From NCBI GenBank assembly GCA_017561825.1, contig JAFZBK010000042.1:10524-74523 (forward strand): DNA of 64,000 nucleotides. Direction: 5' to 3'. The notes beneath the pieces are model-generated. The model worked only from the letters and a program-made list of their open reading frames with translations, was not told the origin of the DNA and made no database searches. This DNA is from Prevotella sp. Its GTDB lineage: Bacteria > Bacteroidota > Bacteroidia > Bacteroidales > Bacteroidaceae. The stretch's first letter is position 1. The number at the start of each line of letters is the position of its first letter. Positions 20,901 through 29,384 of the stretch are shown in pieces. Position numbers and translations under genes: made by a program.

Positions 20901-21098
20901 CGTGGCACCGTTGCTTCCTCAACTATCACTCTCGACTTCGACAGTACGCAAGAGGTGGAGAATGGCATCATAGATGTTATTGCATCAGACAAGACTCCTT
21001 CAGAACATAGCTACCGCTATAACTTGTCTGGACAACGCGTCGGTCATGACTATCGCGGCATCGTAGTGGTAAAGGGTCGTAAAATACTGGTTAAATAA
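17973..21098 (+). CDS. C10 family cysteine peptidase (streptopain/interpain-like), probable T9SS cargo
   Basis: Signal peptide, pro-domain, WHQDAPYN, TGCVATAMAQIM (Cys), GGHSFIIDGY (His), HFNLGW; tail YNLSGQRV..GRKILVK. Confidence 0.9.
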   Translation: MKQITLTFILTLIGVFTSVSLHADDKQSGNDSDRISVNTACENAQKFINSLKATGHQGIRKAPMKQADLTLCAERPNMYIFNVGTSEGFVVASACGATRPILCYSTDGQWDDNSMQQALGWLFEQYDTEIANIKKNRARAANGSISKIPIDPLIKTRWHQDAPYNNKLTAFSWDGNTYHVKTGCVATAMAQIMNYHQWPKTIKQTIPAVNHGQVIGEDATEVIVNEVPAGTEIDWKHMNAESIWTDSDPAIINAISSLMSYCGTAVRMYYGEFDSSSHNLSAMYALKHYFDYDPTIYIADRSNFSYYDWCNMLYDELRAGRPILYNGQSNYGGHSFIIDGYDGNEMFHFNLGWNLKTSVYAILSSVGHDSAIDNPDAYDSPDGYVFHQTAVMNIQKSGLSTGTYHVSLTSNYYFQSENSVSCTYFNNEDEGYTFDLGIGYRDNDGNIQVAKAIEGVNIAAASSNTQQYKASSLNMAKGTYHLLPIARLSGGLSEWQFVSNELDYQVAKVSSKGKVTFTEHKRLANLTAEAMTFSGHPYAGQELYVFCNIKNNGEEDFFDKLYFFWNDNPANKGIDAGHYLLWSHATVNAGGTAPVEFYFTPERAGDYTVWVTTDAAGENVVAQAEVTVGKKMPYQVNNDTPITLSNIKVANLQNGVILGNDVVVDFDATNTSKKDYYYGFVDIGVILYHDGYSQNELYPDGIIKSYEIAPGQTRHFQFGIPNVQPDYDVSIKLLIGSWDASYTSDIYKMEQAVLAYTPDGVKTPVKAAASFTVPKSAGAVDLTMVAQKVKKVVPNSNPNTIYYLNDGDAIPEGLENHNIVFGDHSDNIVLDGTYGVAVPKQFTARSASFTKQLKKGKWSTICLPFSSSLSNKQLEIAVVTDEDVSHIHTNPTKWFNAYQTCFIRSKKDGAQTLSGSNVLFPKQNNAIVTLNNYKAQGVMGQTTVKKVYVLNDDGTALSLKSSVKMEPFTSFFVVSKRGTVASSTITLDFDSTQEVENGIIDVIASDKTPSEHSYRYNLSGQRVGHDYRGIVVVKGRKILVK

Positions 21099-21187
21099 TT
21101 ATTGGCATTCAACATGGATCATTGACATGACCTGCTTGACCTACATCAAGAAAACAGGAATAATAAGATAAAAACGAAGAAAAAACA

Positions 21188-21217
21188 TTGCTGTGTGCGA
21201 AAACAGTCGTAACTTTG
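21188..21217 (+). promoter_or_regulatory. sigma-A promoter with no large downstream gene
   Basis: TTG(21188-90)-N19-TAACTTTG(21210-17). Confidence 0.7.
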
Positions 21218-21430
21218 CACTCGAAATCAAGAGGTATTAGAAGGTAAAGATTGTATAAAGGTTCGATAGTTTTTTCATAGGTTTTCATAGGTTTTTAGTT
21301 TTAGGTTAGAAAGGTGATTCAATAGGATTAGTTAAGGTAAGTAAAGGTTGGATAAGGATAACACGATGCCCGTGAGGGCGGGACTATACATAGAAGTTGA
21401 ATATATTAAATTTCAGGAAAGGGTAACAAC

Positions 21431-21514
21431 ATGAGTATTTCAACATTGTGCGCCCTGTTTGCAGTCTTCGCAATTACAGGCATGTGGTTAGACCATGACA
21501 TGCAGAACCGCTGA
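21431..21514 (+). CDS. Small hydrophobic peptide MSISTLCALFAVFAITGMWLDHDMQNR (27 aa)
   Basis: ATG..TGA read by eye; single TM-like stretch followed by a polar tail. Confidence 0.45.
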   Translation: MSISTLCALFAVFAITGMWLDHDMQNR

Positions 21515-21557
21515 CACGGTCAACACCACTTAACAAGAAAGTTCTTAAACAATGAAT

Positions 21558-21597
21558 AAATGAGGAGCGACAGTGACTGTCACTCCTCATTTCTTTT
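21558..21597. terminator. Bidirectional intrinsic terminator
   Basis: aaatgaggag-cgacag-tga-ctgtca-ctcctcattt followed by T-run. Confidence 0.8.
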
Positions 21598-21607
21598 ATC
21601 TCATTTC

Positions 21608-22207
21608 TTAAGGCTTACGATAACCCACAAGTCTTAAGTCGAAAATCAGTGTGGAATAAGCGGGAATACTGCCAGAACTGCTGCCATATCCCAGTCGGTA
21701 GGGAATATAAACCTTCCAATGGTCACCTATATGCATGTGCTGCAGCGCTGTTGCGAACCCGTCAACAAAACTGTTAACCGTTCCGGAATAAGGCTTTGAT
21801 GTAGCCGCATTGAATGATCCCGACCAACTCTTGTCAAACTCATAACCTTCCGGATAAGATGCTGAAGGCATCAAACGACCGGAATAATGGATATACACAG
21901 AGTCGGTATAGATGGGACAACCGCTACCTGTACCCGATTCAAGAACCTGCACAACGATATGGTCTTCTGCCTTCGTAGCCATCTCCTCATTGAGACTCCA
22001 CTGGGTAATGACCTTCCATTCACCTGTACTGCTGCTCTTGGCACGGTTATACACCTCATTAAAAAAGGAGTCGTTACGTTCCTGCCAGTTGTCGAACTCT
22101 GTGATCTCTTCATCACTCTCGCTGCAGGAAGTGAGCAATGCCATGGGCAGCACCGTCAGTACTGCCCACGCAAGCATCAGTATTCTCTGATAGGTGGTTT
22201 TCTTCAT
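21608..22207 (-). CDS. FKBP-type peptidyl-prolyl isomerase lipoprotein
   Basis: LTSC lipobox; VYIHYSGRL, GFATALQHMHIGD, IPYRLGYG, IPAYSTLIFDLRL. Confidence 0.92.
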   Translation of the reverse strand: MKKTTYQRILMLAWAVLTVLPMALLTSCSESDEEITEFDNWQERNDSFFNEVYNRAKSSSTGEWKVITQWSLNEEMATKAEDHIVVQVLESGTGSGCPIYTDSVYIHYSGRLMPSASYPEGYEFDKSWSGSFNAATSKPYSGTVNSFVDGFATALQHMHIGDHWKVYIPYRLGYGSSSGSIPAYSTLIFDLRLVGYRKP

Positions 22208-22219
22208 ATTCCTTGATGA

Positions 22220-23761
22220 TTATTGAAGCTTCTTCAACAAGCTGGCAATGCTCACCTTGTCCTCGATGATACCCAACAATTGATCGATGCTGACACGCTC
22301 CTGCTCCATCGTATCACGGAAACGCAGTGTTACGGTATTGTCTTTCAGTGTGTCATAGTCAACCGTCACGCAATACGGTGTACCCACAGCATCCTGACGA
22401 CGGTAACGCTTACCGATGGTATCCTTCTCATCATAACTGCAGTTGAAATGGAACTTCAAGTTGTCGATGATTTCGCGAGCCTTCTCTGGCAGACCGTCTT
22501 TTCTTACCAGCGGCAGTACAGCCAACTTAGTAGGAGCAAGGGCTGCAGGCAACTTCAAGACCACACGGGTCTCTCCATTCTCCAGCTGCTCCTCCTGATA
22601 AGAGTGGCACATGATGGAGAGGAACATACGATCCACACCGATAGATGTCTCGATAACGAACGGAGTGTAGCTCTCGTTAGTCTGGGGATCGAAGTACTTG
22701 ATACTCTTGCCACTATATTTCTCATGCTGAGAGAGGTCGAAGTTCGTACGGGAGTGGATTCCCTCCACCTCCTTGAAGCCGAACGGCATGTGGAACTCGA
22801 TATCGGTAGCAGCATTGGCGTAGTGAGCAAGTTTCTCATGATCGTGGAAACGGTAGTTCTCTGCGCCGAAGCCCAGAGCCTGATGCCAAGCCATACGGGT
22901 CTGCTTCCACTTCGGGAACCACTCCAGTTCTGTGCCGGGCTTTACGAAGAACTGCATCTCCATCTGCTCGAACTCACGCATACGGAAGATGAACTGACGG
23001 GCCACGATCTCGTTACGGAAGGCCTTACCGATCTGGGCAATACCGAAAGGAATCTTCATTCTACCTGTCTTCTGTACGTTCAGGTAGTTCACGAAGATAC
23101 CCTGCGCCGTTTCCGGACGGAGGTAGATCTTCATGGAGTTGTCGGCAGAAGCACCCATCTCGGTAGAGAACATCAGGTTGAACTGGCGTACATCGGTCCA
23201 GTTGCGGGTACCGCTGATCGGACAAACGATCTCTTCATCGATGATGATCTGCTTGAGTTCATCAAGATCCATGGCGTTCATGGCTGCAGCATAACGCTCA
23301 TGCAGGGCATCACGCTTCTGCTGGTTCTCGAGTACACGACCGTTGGTCTCACGGAACTTCTGCTCGTCAAAGCTGTCACCGAAACGTTTCTTGGCCTTGT
23401 CGATCTCCTTCTGGATCTTCTCCTCATATTTGGCAATCTGATCCTCGATGAGTACATCAGCGCGATAACGCTTCTTTGAGTCGCGGTTATCGATGAGCGG
23501 ATCATTGAAGGCATCCACGTGTCCGCTGGCCTTCCATATGGTGGGGTGCATGAAGATGGCCGAGTCGATACCCACGATATTATCGTGCAACAGTACCATA
23601 CTCTTCCACCAGTATTCCTTGATATTGTTCTTCAGCTCAACACCGTTCTGACCGTAGTCATAAACAGCGCCTAATCCATCGTAGATCTCACTGCTGGGAA
23701 ACACGAAACCATATTCCTTACAATGCGATACGATCTTCTTAAAAACGTCTTCCTGTGCCAT
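22220..23761 (-). CDS. glyQS: Glycine--tRNA ligase (alpha2 type)
   Basis: SSEIYDGL..YDYG, YLRPETAQGIF, GKAFRNEI..FIFRMREFEQMEM, IGKRYRRQD. Confidence 0.97.
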   Translation of the reverse strand: MAQEDVFKKIVSHCKEYGFVFPSSEIYDGLGAVYDYGQNGVELKNNIKEYWWKSMVLLHDNIVGIDSAIFMHPTIWKASGHVDAFNDPLIDNRDSKKRYRADVLIEDQIAKYEEKIQKEIDKAKKRFGDSFDEQKFRETNGRVLENQQKRDALHERYAAAMNAMDLDELKQIIIDEEIVCPISGTRNWTDVRQFNLMFSTEMGASADNSMKIYLRPETAQGIFVNYLNVQKTGRMKIPFGIAQIGKAFRNEIVARQFIFRMREFEQMEMQFFVKPGTELEWFPKWKQTRMAWHQALGFGAENYRFHDHEKLAHYANAATDIEFHMPFGFKEVEGIHSRTNFDLSQHEKYSGKSIKYFDPQTNESYTPFVIETSIGVDRMFLSIMCHSYQEEQLENGETRVVLKLPAALAPTKLAVLPLVRKDGLPEKAREIIDNLKFHFNCSYDEKDTIGKRYRRQDAVGTPYCVTVDYDTLKDNTVTLRFRDTMEQERVSIDQLLGIIEDKVSIASLLKKLQ

Positions 23762-23847
23762 AATTAATTACTAAAATTTCGAAATTTGGCGCAAAGTTAC
23801 TGCTTTTTTCAAAATTTCTTTGTATTTTTGCGTTAAATTTGAGTAAA

Positions 23848-26565
23848 ATGGACGACGAAATCAAGAATATAGAATCAGACGACACACTGAGTGAGGACAG
23901 CCACTCCGACTACAAGCCTGTTGACCGCTTCGATGCAGCCGCCGTACATCACCTGAGCGGCATGTATCAGAACTGGTTTCTCGACTACGCATCCTATGTA
24001 ATTTTGGAACGTGCCGTGCCTCATATAGAGGACGGTCTGAAGCCTGTGCAACGCCGTATCCTGCACTCCATGAAACGTATGGATGACGGTCGTTACAACA
24101 AGGTGGCCAACATCGTGGGACACACCATGCAGTTCCATCCTCATGGCGATGCTTCCATCGGTGATGCATTGGTGCAGTTAGGACAGAAAGACCTGTTGGT
24201 TGACTGTCAGGGTAACTGGGGAAATATCCTCACAGGCGACCGTGCCGCAGCACCTCGATATATTGAGGCACGACTGTCGAAGTTCGCTCTCGACGTGGTG
24301 TTTAATCCCAAGACCACCGAGTGGCAGCTAAGCTACGACGGTCGAAACAAGGAACCTATCACCCTGCCTGCCAAATACCCGCTGCTGCTAGCCCAAGGAG
24401 CAGAAGGTATTGCTGTAGGATTGAGTTCGAAGATCCTCCCCCATAACTACAATGAAATCTGCGAAGCCGCTATCGCCTATCTGAAAGGTGAGCGCTTCAT
24501 GCTGTATCCCGACTTCCCCACTGGCGGAAGCATTGATGTCAGCAAATACAACGACGGTCAGCGGGGTGGTATGCTCAAAGTGCGTGCGAAGATCGAGAAG
24601 CTCGACAACAAGACGCTGGTCATCCGTGAACTCCCCTACTCCAAGACCGTAAACACCTTGTGCGAGAGTATCACGAAAGCCATTGAAAAAGGAAAGATCA
24701 AGGCCAAGCATGTTACCGACCTCACCTCAGCCGAGGTGGAGATACAGGTTCATCTGTCGCCAGGCGTCTCCTCTGATAAGACCATCGATGCCCTCTATGC
24801 CTTTACCGACTGTGAGATCAATATCTCTCCCAACTGCTGCGTGATCGAGGACAACAAACCGCAGTTCCTGACCGTGAGCGATGTGCTACGGCACTCCGTT
24901 GATCGCACGATGGGACTGCTGCGCAAAGAACTGGAAATCCGCAAGCACGAGTTGTTGGAACAGTTGCATTTCTGCTCTTTGGAGAAGATCTTCATCGAAG
25001 AGCGCATCTATAAGGATAAGAAGTTTGAGCAGGCACCGACCATGGATGCAGCCTGTGAACATATCGACGACCGGTTAACACCGTATTATCCGCAAATGAT
25101 CCGCGAGGTGAGCAAGGATGATATCCTCAAGCTCATGGACATCAAGATGGCACGAATCCTAAAGTTCAACAGCGACAAGGCCGATGAGCTAATTCTCCGA
25201 CTGAAAGACGAGATTGCCGACATCGACGATAAGCTGGCACACATGGTACGTGTCACCATCAAGTGGTTCCAATATCTAAAGGACAAATATGGAGCTGAGC
25301 ATCCGCGACTCACTGAGATCCGTAACTTCGATACCATTGAAGCAACAAAGGTGGCAGAGGCCAACGAGAAACTGTACATCAACCGTCAGGACGGATTCAT
25401 CGGTACAGGACTGAAGAAAGACGAGTTTGTATGCAACTGCTCTGACATCGACGATATCATCATCTTCTACCGCGACGGTAAGTATAAGATCATCCGCGTA
25501 GCCGAGAAGATCTTCGTAGGCAAGAATATCATCTACCTGGCTGTATTCAAGAAGAGCGACAGTCGTACGATATATAATGTGGTATATCGCGACGGACGTA
25601 AGGGTTTTTATTTCATCAAACGCTTCAACGTGACCAGCGTGACTCGCGATCGTGAATACGACCTTACTCAAGGGAAGGAAGGTAGCAGGGTGCTCTACTT
25701 CACTGCTAACCCGAACGGAGAAGCAGAGGTAATCAAAATCACCTTCGAACCCAGCGTGCACAAGAAGAAACTGTTTATCGACAAAGACTTCAGCGAACTG
25801 GTCATCAAAGGAAAGAACGCAAAGGGCTACCTGCTGACGAAATATCCCGTGCATCGCATCTCGTTGAAGAGTCATGGGCGTTCCACACTCGGCGGAAGGA
25901 AGATCTGGTTCGATCCGGATATCAACCGCCTGAACTACGATGAGCACGGACAGTTCCTCGGAGAGTTCCATGATGATGATCAGATCCTGGTGATTCTGAA
26001 GAACGGTGAGTTCTACCTCACGAACTTCGACGTGTCGAACCACTACGAGAACAATATCCTGCGCATTGAGAAGTACCAGCCCGATAAGGTGTGGACGGTG
26101 GTTCTCTATGATGCCGACCAGCAGGGCTATCCCTATCTCAAGCGATTCGTGGTGGAAGCATCGAAACGCAAGCAGAACTTCCTAGGTGAGAATGCCAATT
26201 CCCAGCTGATTCTTCTTACTGATACGGTTTATCCGCAAATCAAGGTGACCTTTGGTGGAAACGACGCCTACCGCGAACCTTTGGAGATTGATGCGGAGCA
26301 GTTCATCGCTGTAAAAGGCTTCAAGGCGAAAGGAAAGCGCATCAGCACATGGGCTATTGGCGGCATCGAAGAGCTGGAACCCCAGCGTTTCCCTGAGCCA
26401 GAGGAGACGGATGAAGCAGAAGAGTTAGTTGATATGGATGATTCTGAAGATACAGAAGGCCCGGATAATCCAGAAATTCCGGAAAATCCGGAGAATCCGG
26501 ATAACCCGGATAACCCAGAAACCACCGATAGCCACCGCCAATTAAGCTTGTTTGATGACTTATAA
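23848..26565 (+). CDS. parC: DNA topoisomerase IV subunit A (GyrA/ParC family)
   Basis: DGLKPVQRRILHSM, FHPHGDAS, AAAPRYIEARL (catalytic Tyr); acidic tail. Confidence 0.9.
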   Translation: MDDEIKNIESDDTLSEDSHSDYKPVDRFDAAAVHHLSGMYQNWFLDYASYVILERAVPHIEDGLKPVQRRILHSMKRMDDGRYNKVANIVGHTMQFHPHGDASIGDALVQLGQKDLLVDCQGNWGNILTGDRAAAPRYIEARLSKFALDVVFNPKTTEWQLSYDGRNKEPITLPAKYPLLLAQGAEGIAVGLSSKILPHNYNEICEAAIAYLKGERFMLYPDFPTGGSIDVSKYNDGQRGGMLKVRAKIEKLDNKTLVIRELPYSKTVNTLCESITKAIEKGKIKAKHVTDLTSAEVEIQVHLSPGVSSDKTIDALYAFTDCEINISPNCCVIEDNKPQFLTVSDVLRHSVDRTMGLLRKELEIRKHELLEQLHFCSLEKIFIEERIYKDKKFEQAPTMDAACEHIDDRLTPYYPQMIREVSKDDILKLMDIKMARILKFNSDKADELILRLKDEIADIDDKLAHMVRVTIKWFQYLKDKYGAEHPRLTEIRNFDTIEATKVAEANEKLYINRQDGFIGTGLKKDEFVCNCSDIDDIIIFYRDGKYKIIRVAEKIFVGKNIIYLAVFKKSDSRTIYNVVYRDGRKGFYFIKRFNVTSVTRDREYDLTQGKEGSRVLYFTANPNGEAEVIKITFEPSVHKKKLFIDKDFSELVIKGKNAKGYLLTKYPVHRISLKSHGRSTLGGRKIWFDPDINRLNYDEHGQFLGEFHDDDQILVILKNGEFYLTNFDVSNHYENNILRIEKYQPDKVWTVVLYDADQQGYPYLKRFVVEASKRKQNFLGENANSQLILLTDTVYPQIKVTFGGNDAYREPLEIDAEQFIAVKGFKAKGKRISTWAIGGIEELEPQRFPEPEETDEAEELVDMDDSEDTEGPDNPEIPENPENPDNPDNPETTDSHRQLSLFDDL
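26461..26523 (+). repeat. 9-bp tandem repeat encoding P(D/E)N in the ParC tail
   Basis: ccggataat ccagaaatt ccggaaaat ccggagaat ccggataac ccggataac ccagaaacc. Confidence 0.8.
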
Positions 26566-27334
26566 ACAACTGCTCATAGGGATTGTCTGTGTTACAGGTA
26601 CGCTTGCTGCCACGGCACAGGAGGTTAACTACAAGGTTGACATGGTGGGCATCGGCTCCACCAACATCCTTGACACCTATATCAGTCCTGAGAAATATTC
26701 GGGCACCGAACTGCGCTTCCTCAGTCAGTCGCACCGCCAATGGATCAAGCACCCCGCATGGAACAGTCAGTCAACATTTTCTGTGTCATTCCAGGAAGCG
26801 GCGCAGCGTGCTGATAACAGCAATGAACTTGGTGGACTCATCACCGTAGCACACGCTATCCGTCATGCCTGGCAACCTAAAGACACGTGGCGGATAGAAG
26901 CTGGCGGACAGGTCGAGGGCGGTGTAGGCTTCCTCTACAACACCCGCAACACCAACAATCCTGCTCAGGCCCGTGCTTATCTGCATGTAGGACCAGATGT
27001 GATGTCCTCTTGGCGGTTTCCGCTGTTCCGCAAGCAATCCCTCCTTCGTTATGAGTTATCTGCACCGCTCTTAGGACTGATGTTCAGTCCGAATTACGGA
27101 CAGAGCTATTATGAGATCTTCTCTCGTGGCAACTACGACCATAACATCGTGCCAACCACCCCCATCTGTGCACCATCCCTACGACAGCAACTGACACTCG
27201 ATGTTACGACCAAACGATTCACCTTCCGTATCGGTTATCTGGGTGACTACCAGCAGGCGGAGGTGAACAAGCTGAAATATCATACCTATTCCCATATGCT
27301 ACTCCTCGGACTCGTCCGACCTTTATCCCGTTAA
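26552..27334 (+). CDS. Outer-membrane beta-barrel-like protein (DUF3316-like)
   Basis: Signal peptide; DTYISPEKYSG, YNTRNTNNPAQ, FSPNYGQSYYEIF; precedes an S41 peptidase as in other Bacteroidales. Confidence 0.65.
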   Translation: MMTYKQLLIGIVCVTGTLAATAQEVNYKVDMVGIGSTNILDTYISPEKYSGTELRFLSQSHRQWIKHPAWNSQSTFSVSFQEAAQRADNSNELGGLITVAHAIRHAWQPKDTWRIEAGGQVEGGVGFLYNTRNTNNPAQARAYLHVGPDVMSSWRFPLFRKQSLLRYELSAPLLGLMFSPNYGQSYYEIFSRGNYDHNIVPTTPICAPSLRQQLTLDVTTKRFTFRIGYLGDYQQAEVNKLKYHTYSHMLLLGLVRPLSR

Positions 27335-27344
27335 AGATAGAAAC

Positions 27345-28349
27345 ATGAACCGTCGTCAATATATCTACCTTCTCATAGTGCTATGTCCACTACTCTTTTC
27401 CGCCTGTATCGACGAAGAGGAGTTCCCCGATAGTCCTAACGGTAACTTCGAGGCTTTGTGGAAGATCATGGATGAGCACTACTGCTTCTTCGATGAGAAA
27501 GGAGTGAACTGGAATGATGTCCATACGAAATACCAAAAGCAGCTGACAGCCGGCATGAGCGATGCCCATCTCTTCGAGGTATGCGCCAACATGTTGTCGG
27601 AACTCAAAGACGGTCATGTGAACATCTTCTCTTCTTTCGATATGGCCCGCAACTGGTCGTGGCACGAGGACTATCCCGAGAATTATGATGAATTACTCAT
27701 CAACGGGTATATGGGAACCGATTATAAGATCGCCTCCTCGCTCCGCTATAAGGTTTTAGATGACAACATCGGATACTTGCGATACTCATCGTTCCAAAGT
27801 GATTTCGGGGCAGGGAACATCGATCATGTATTGCTGGAGTTTGCGCCTTGTCAGGCCCTTATCATTGATATCCGCAACAACAGCGGCGGTCTGCTGTCGG
27901 TTGCAGAAAAGTTGGCGGCACGATTCACCAACGAGGAGATCCTTGTGGGTTATATGCGACACAAAACGGGAAAGGGGCACAACGACTTCTCCGACATGGA
28001 GGAGCAGCGCATCAAGCCCAGCAATGGTGTGCGGTGGCATAAGCCCGTGTATGTGCTTACCAACCGACAGGTATATAGTGCCGCGAACGAGTTCGTGAAA
28101 TACATGAAATGCTGTCATGCCATCATCGTTGGTGACCATACAGGAGGTGGTGCTGGAATGCCCTTCAGTAGTGAGCTGCCCAACGGATGGGGCGTACGCT
28201 TCTCTGCCTGTCCGATGTACGACATTAACAAGCAGAGTACCGAACAAGGAATTGCCCCCGATTATTCAGTGGCCTTGACGCAAGAAGATGCTGCCCGCGG
28301 TCTTGATACCATCATCGAGTTCGCCCGAAATCATGCAGCATCCCATTAA
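27345..28349 (+). CDS. S41 family peptidase lipoprotein
   Basis: FSAC lipobox; NIGYLRYSSF, LIIDIRNNSGG, YSAANEF, VGDHTGG, GIAPD. Confidence 0.9.
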   Translation: MNRRQYIYLLIVLCPLLFSACIDEEEFPDSPNGNFEALWKIMDEHYCFFDEKGVNWNDVHTKYQKQLTAGMSDAHLFEVCANMLSELKDGHVNIFSSFDMARNWSWHEDYPENYDELLINGYMGTDYKIASSLRYKVLDDNIGYLRYSSFQSDFGAGNIDHVLLEFAPCQALIIDIRNNSGGLLSVAEKLAARFTNEEILVGYMRHKTGKGHNDFSDMEEQRIKPSNGVRWHKPVYVLTNRQVYSAANEFVKYMKCCHAIIVGDHTGGGAGMPFSSELPNGWGVRFSACPMYDINKQSTEQGIAPDYSVALTQEDAARGLDTIIEFARNHAASH

Positions 28350-28384
28350 TTTTCAATTCCCAATTCTCAATTTTCAATTTTCAC
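28348..28384 (+). repeat. Heptamer tandem repeat (TCAATTT-like)
   Basis: aattttc aattccc aattctc aattttc aattttc immediately after the stop codon. Confidence 0.7.
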
Positions 28385-28389
28385 TTTAT

Positions 28390-29163
28390 ATGATTTCCCT
28401 CCGCTCCCTCTCTATAGGCTATCAGCAGAAGAACAACCAGAAGGTTGTAGCAGAAAACATCACCTCCGTTATCCGTCCCGGTGAGCTCACCTGTCTTATT
28501 GGTCCTAACGGTGTGGGAAAGTCAACCTTGCTCCGCACCCTCAGTGCCTTTCAACCGCTGTTGGCAGGAGACATCTTAGTGAATGACAAGAATCTCGCTG
28601 AGCTAACCGACAGACAGATTGCCCGACTGATCGGAGTGGTACTCACCACCAAGCCTGATGTACAGAACATGACCGTTAGTGAACTGGTGGCATTAGGTCG
28701 TGCACCCTATACAGGTTTTTGGGGACGACTGAACAAGAAGGATGAAGACGTTGTCAATGAGAGCATCCAGATGGTGGGAATCGAGGAACTCAGTCAGCGA
28801 ATGGTGCAGACACTCTCTGATGGTGAACGACAGAAGATGATGATTGCCAAGGCATTGGCACAGCAAACACCCGTGATCTACCTCGACGAGCCCACGGCCT
28901 TCCTCGACTACCCCAGTAAGGTAGAGATCCTGCACTTACTGAAGAAGCTCAGCAGGGAGACACAGAAGACTATCTTCCTCTCCACCCATGATCTGGAACT
29001 GGCCTTGCAGATGGCCGACACGCTCTGGCTCATGCAGCCCCAACAACCCATCGCTATCGGTTCACCGCAGGAGTTAGCCTCCAACGGCAGTCTTGGACAG
29101 TTCCTCAACCGTCCTGGTCTACACTTTGACCCAGAACATATGAGCATCCAGGTACAGTTGTGA
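28390..29163 (+). CDS. ABC transporter ATP-binding protein (FecE/BtuD-like)
   Basis: GPNGVGKST, LSDGERQK, LDEPT, STHD. Confidence 0.9.
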   Translation: MISLRSLSIGYQQKNNQKVVAENITSVIRPGELTCLIGPNGVGKSTLLRTLSAFQPLLAGDILVNDKNLAELTDRQIARLIGVVLTTKPDVQNMTVSELVALGRAPYTGFWGRLNKKDEDVVNESIQMVGIEELSQRMVQTLSDGERQKMMIAKALAQQTPVIYLDEPTAFLDYPSKVEILHLLKKLSRETQKTIFLSTHDLELALQMADTLWLMQPQQPIAIGSPQELASNGSLGQFLNRPGLHFDPEHMSIQVQL

Positions 29164-29164
29164 T

Positions 29165-29365
29165 TCATTCCCTTTCCAGTCCATCATCTTCGTCCATATC
29201 CTCCCAGATGTCGAAATATACCGAGTTCTCTTTCGACAAGATTTGATCGGAATCAGTGATCTCGGTCTGCGACACCCCTAAGGTTTTATCAGATGACTGT
29301 CTTTGTAACGTTGCTTCCATCTCTCCTTCCACTCTACTGATCCAAGGTTGAACATATGTTTTCAT
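29165..29365 (-). CDS. Small acidic protein with MKTYxxP N-terminus (66 aa)
   Basis: MKTYVQPWIS...DIWEDMDEDD; starts 20 nt after the upstream co-directional gene. Confidence 0.6.
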   Translation of the reverse strand: MKTYVQPWISRVEGEMEATLQRQSSDKTLGVSQTEITDSDQILSKENSVYFDIWEDMDEDDGLERE

Positions 29366-29384
29366 GTGTGTTCCCTTTCGTATT

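Larger units (their letters stand above)
21223..21597 (+). ncRNA. Candidate AGGU-repeat sRNA / dual-function transcript
   Basis: Own promoter and terminator; 11 AGG(T/A) motifs in 130 nt; gcccGTGAgggc hairpin. Confidence 0.5.

Noticed and set aside
12839-21100. tRNA-anchored genomic island
   Set aside because: No integrase, no duplicated tRNA 3' end and no obvious compositional break.
22223-23479. Long antisense ORFs (also 318-1067, 11290-11994, 25276-26043, 39121-40125, 44661-45941, 62305-62964)
   Set aside because: They are shadows of well-supported genes on the opposite strand, explained by codon bias, and show no recognisable motifs.
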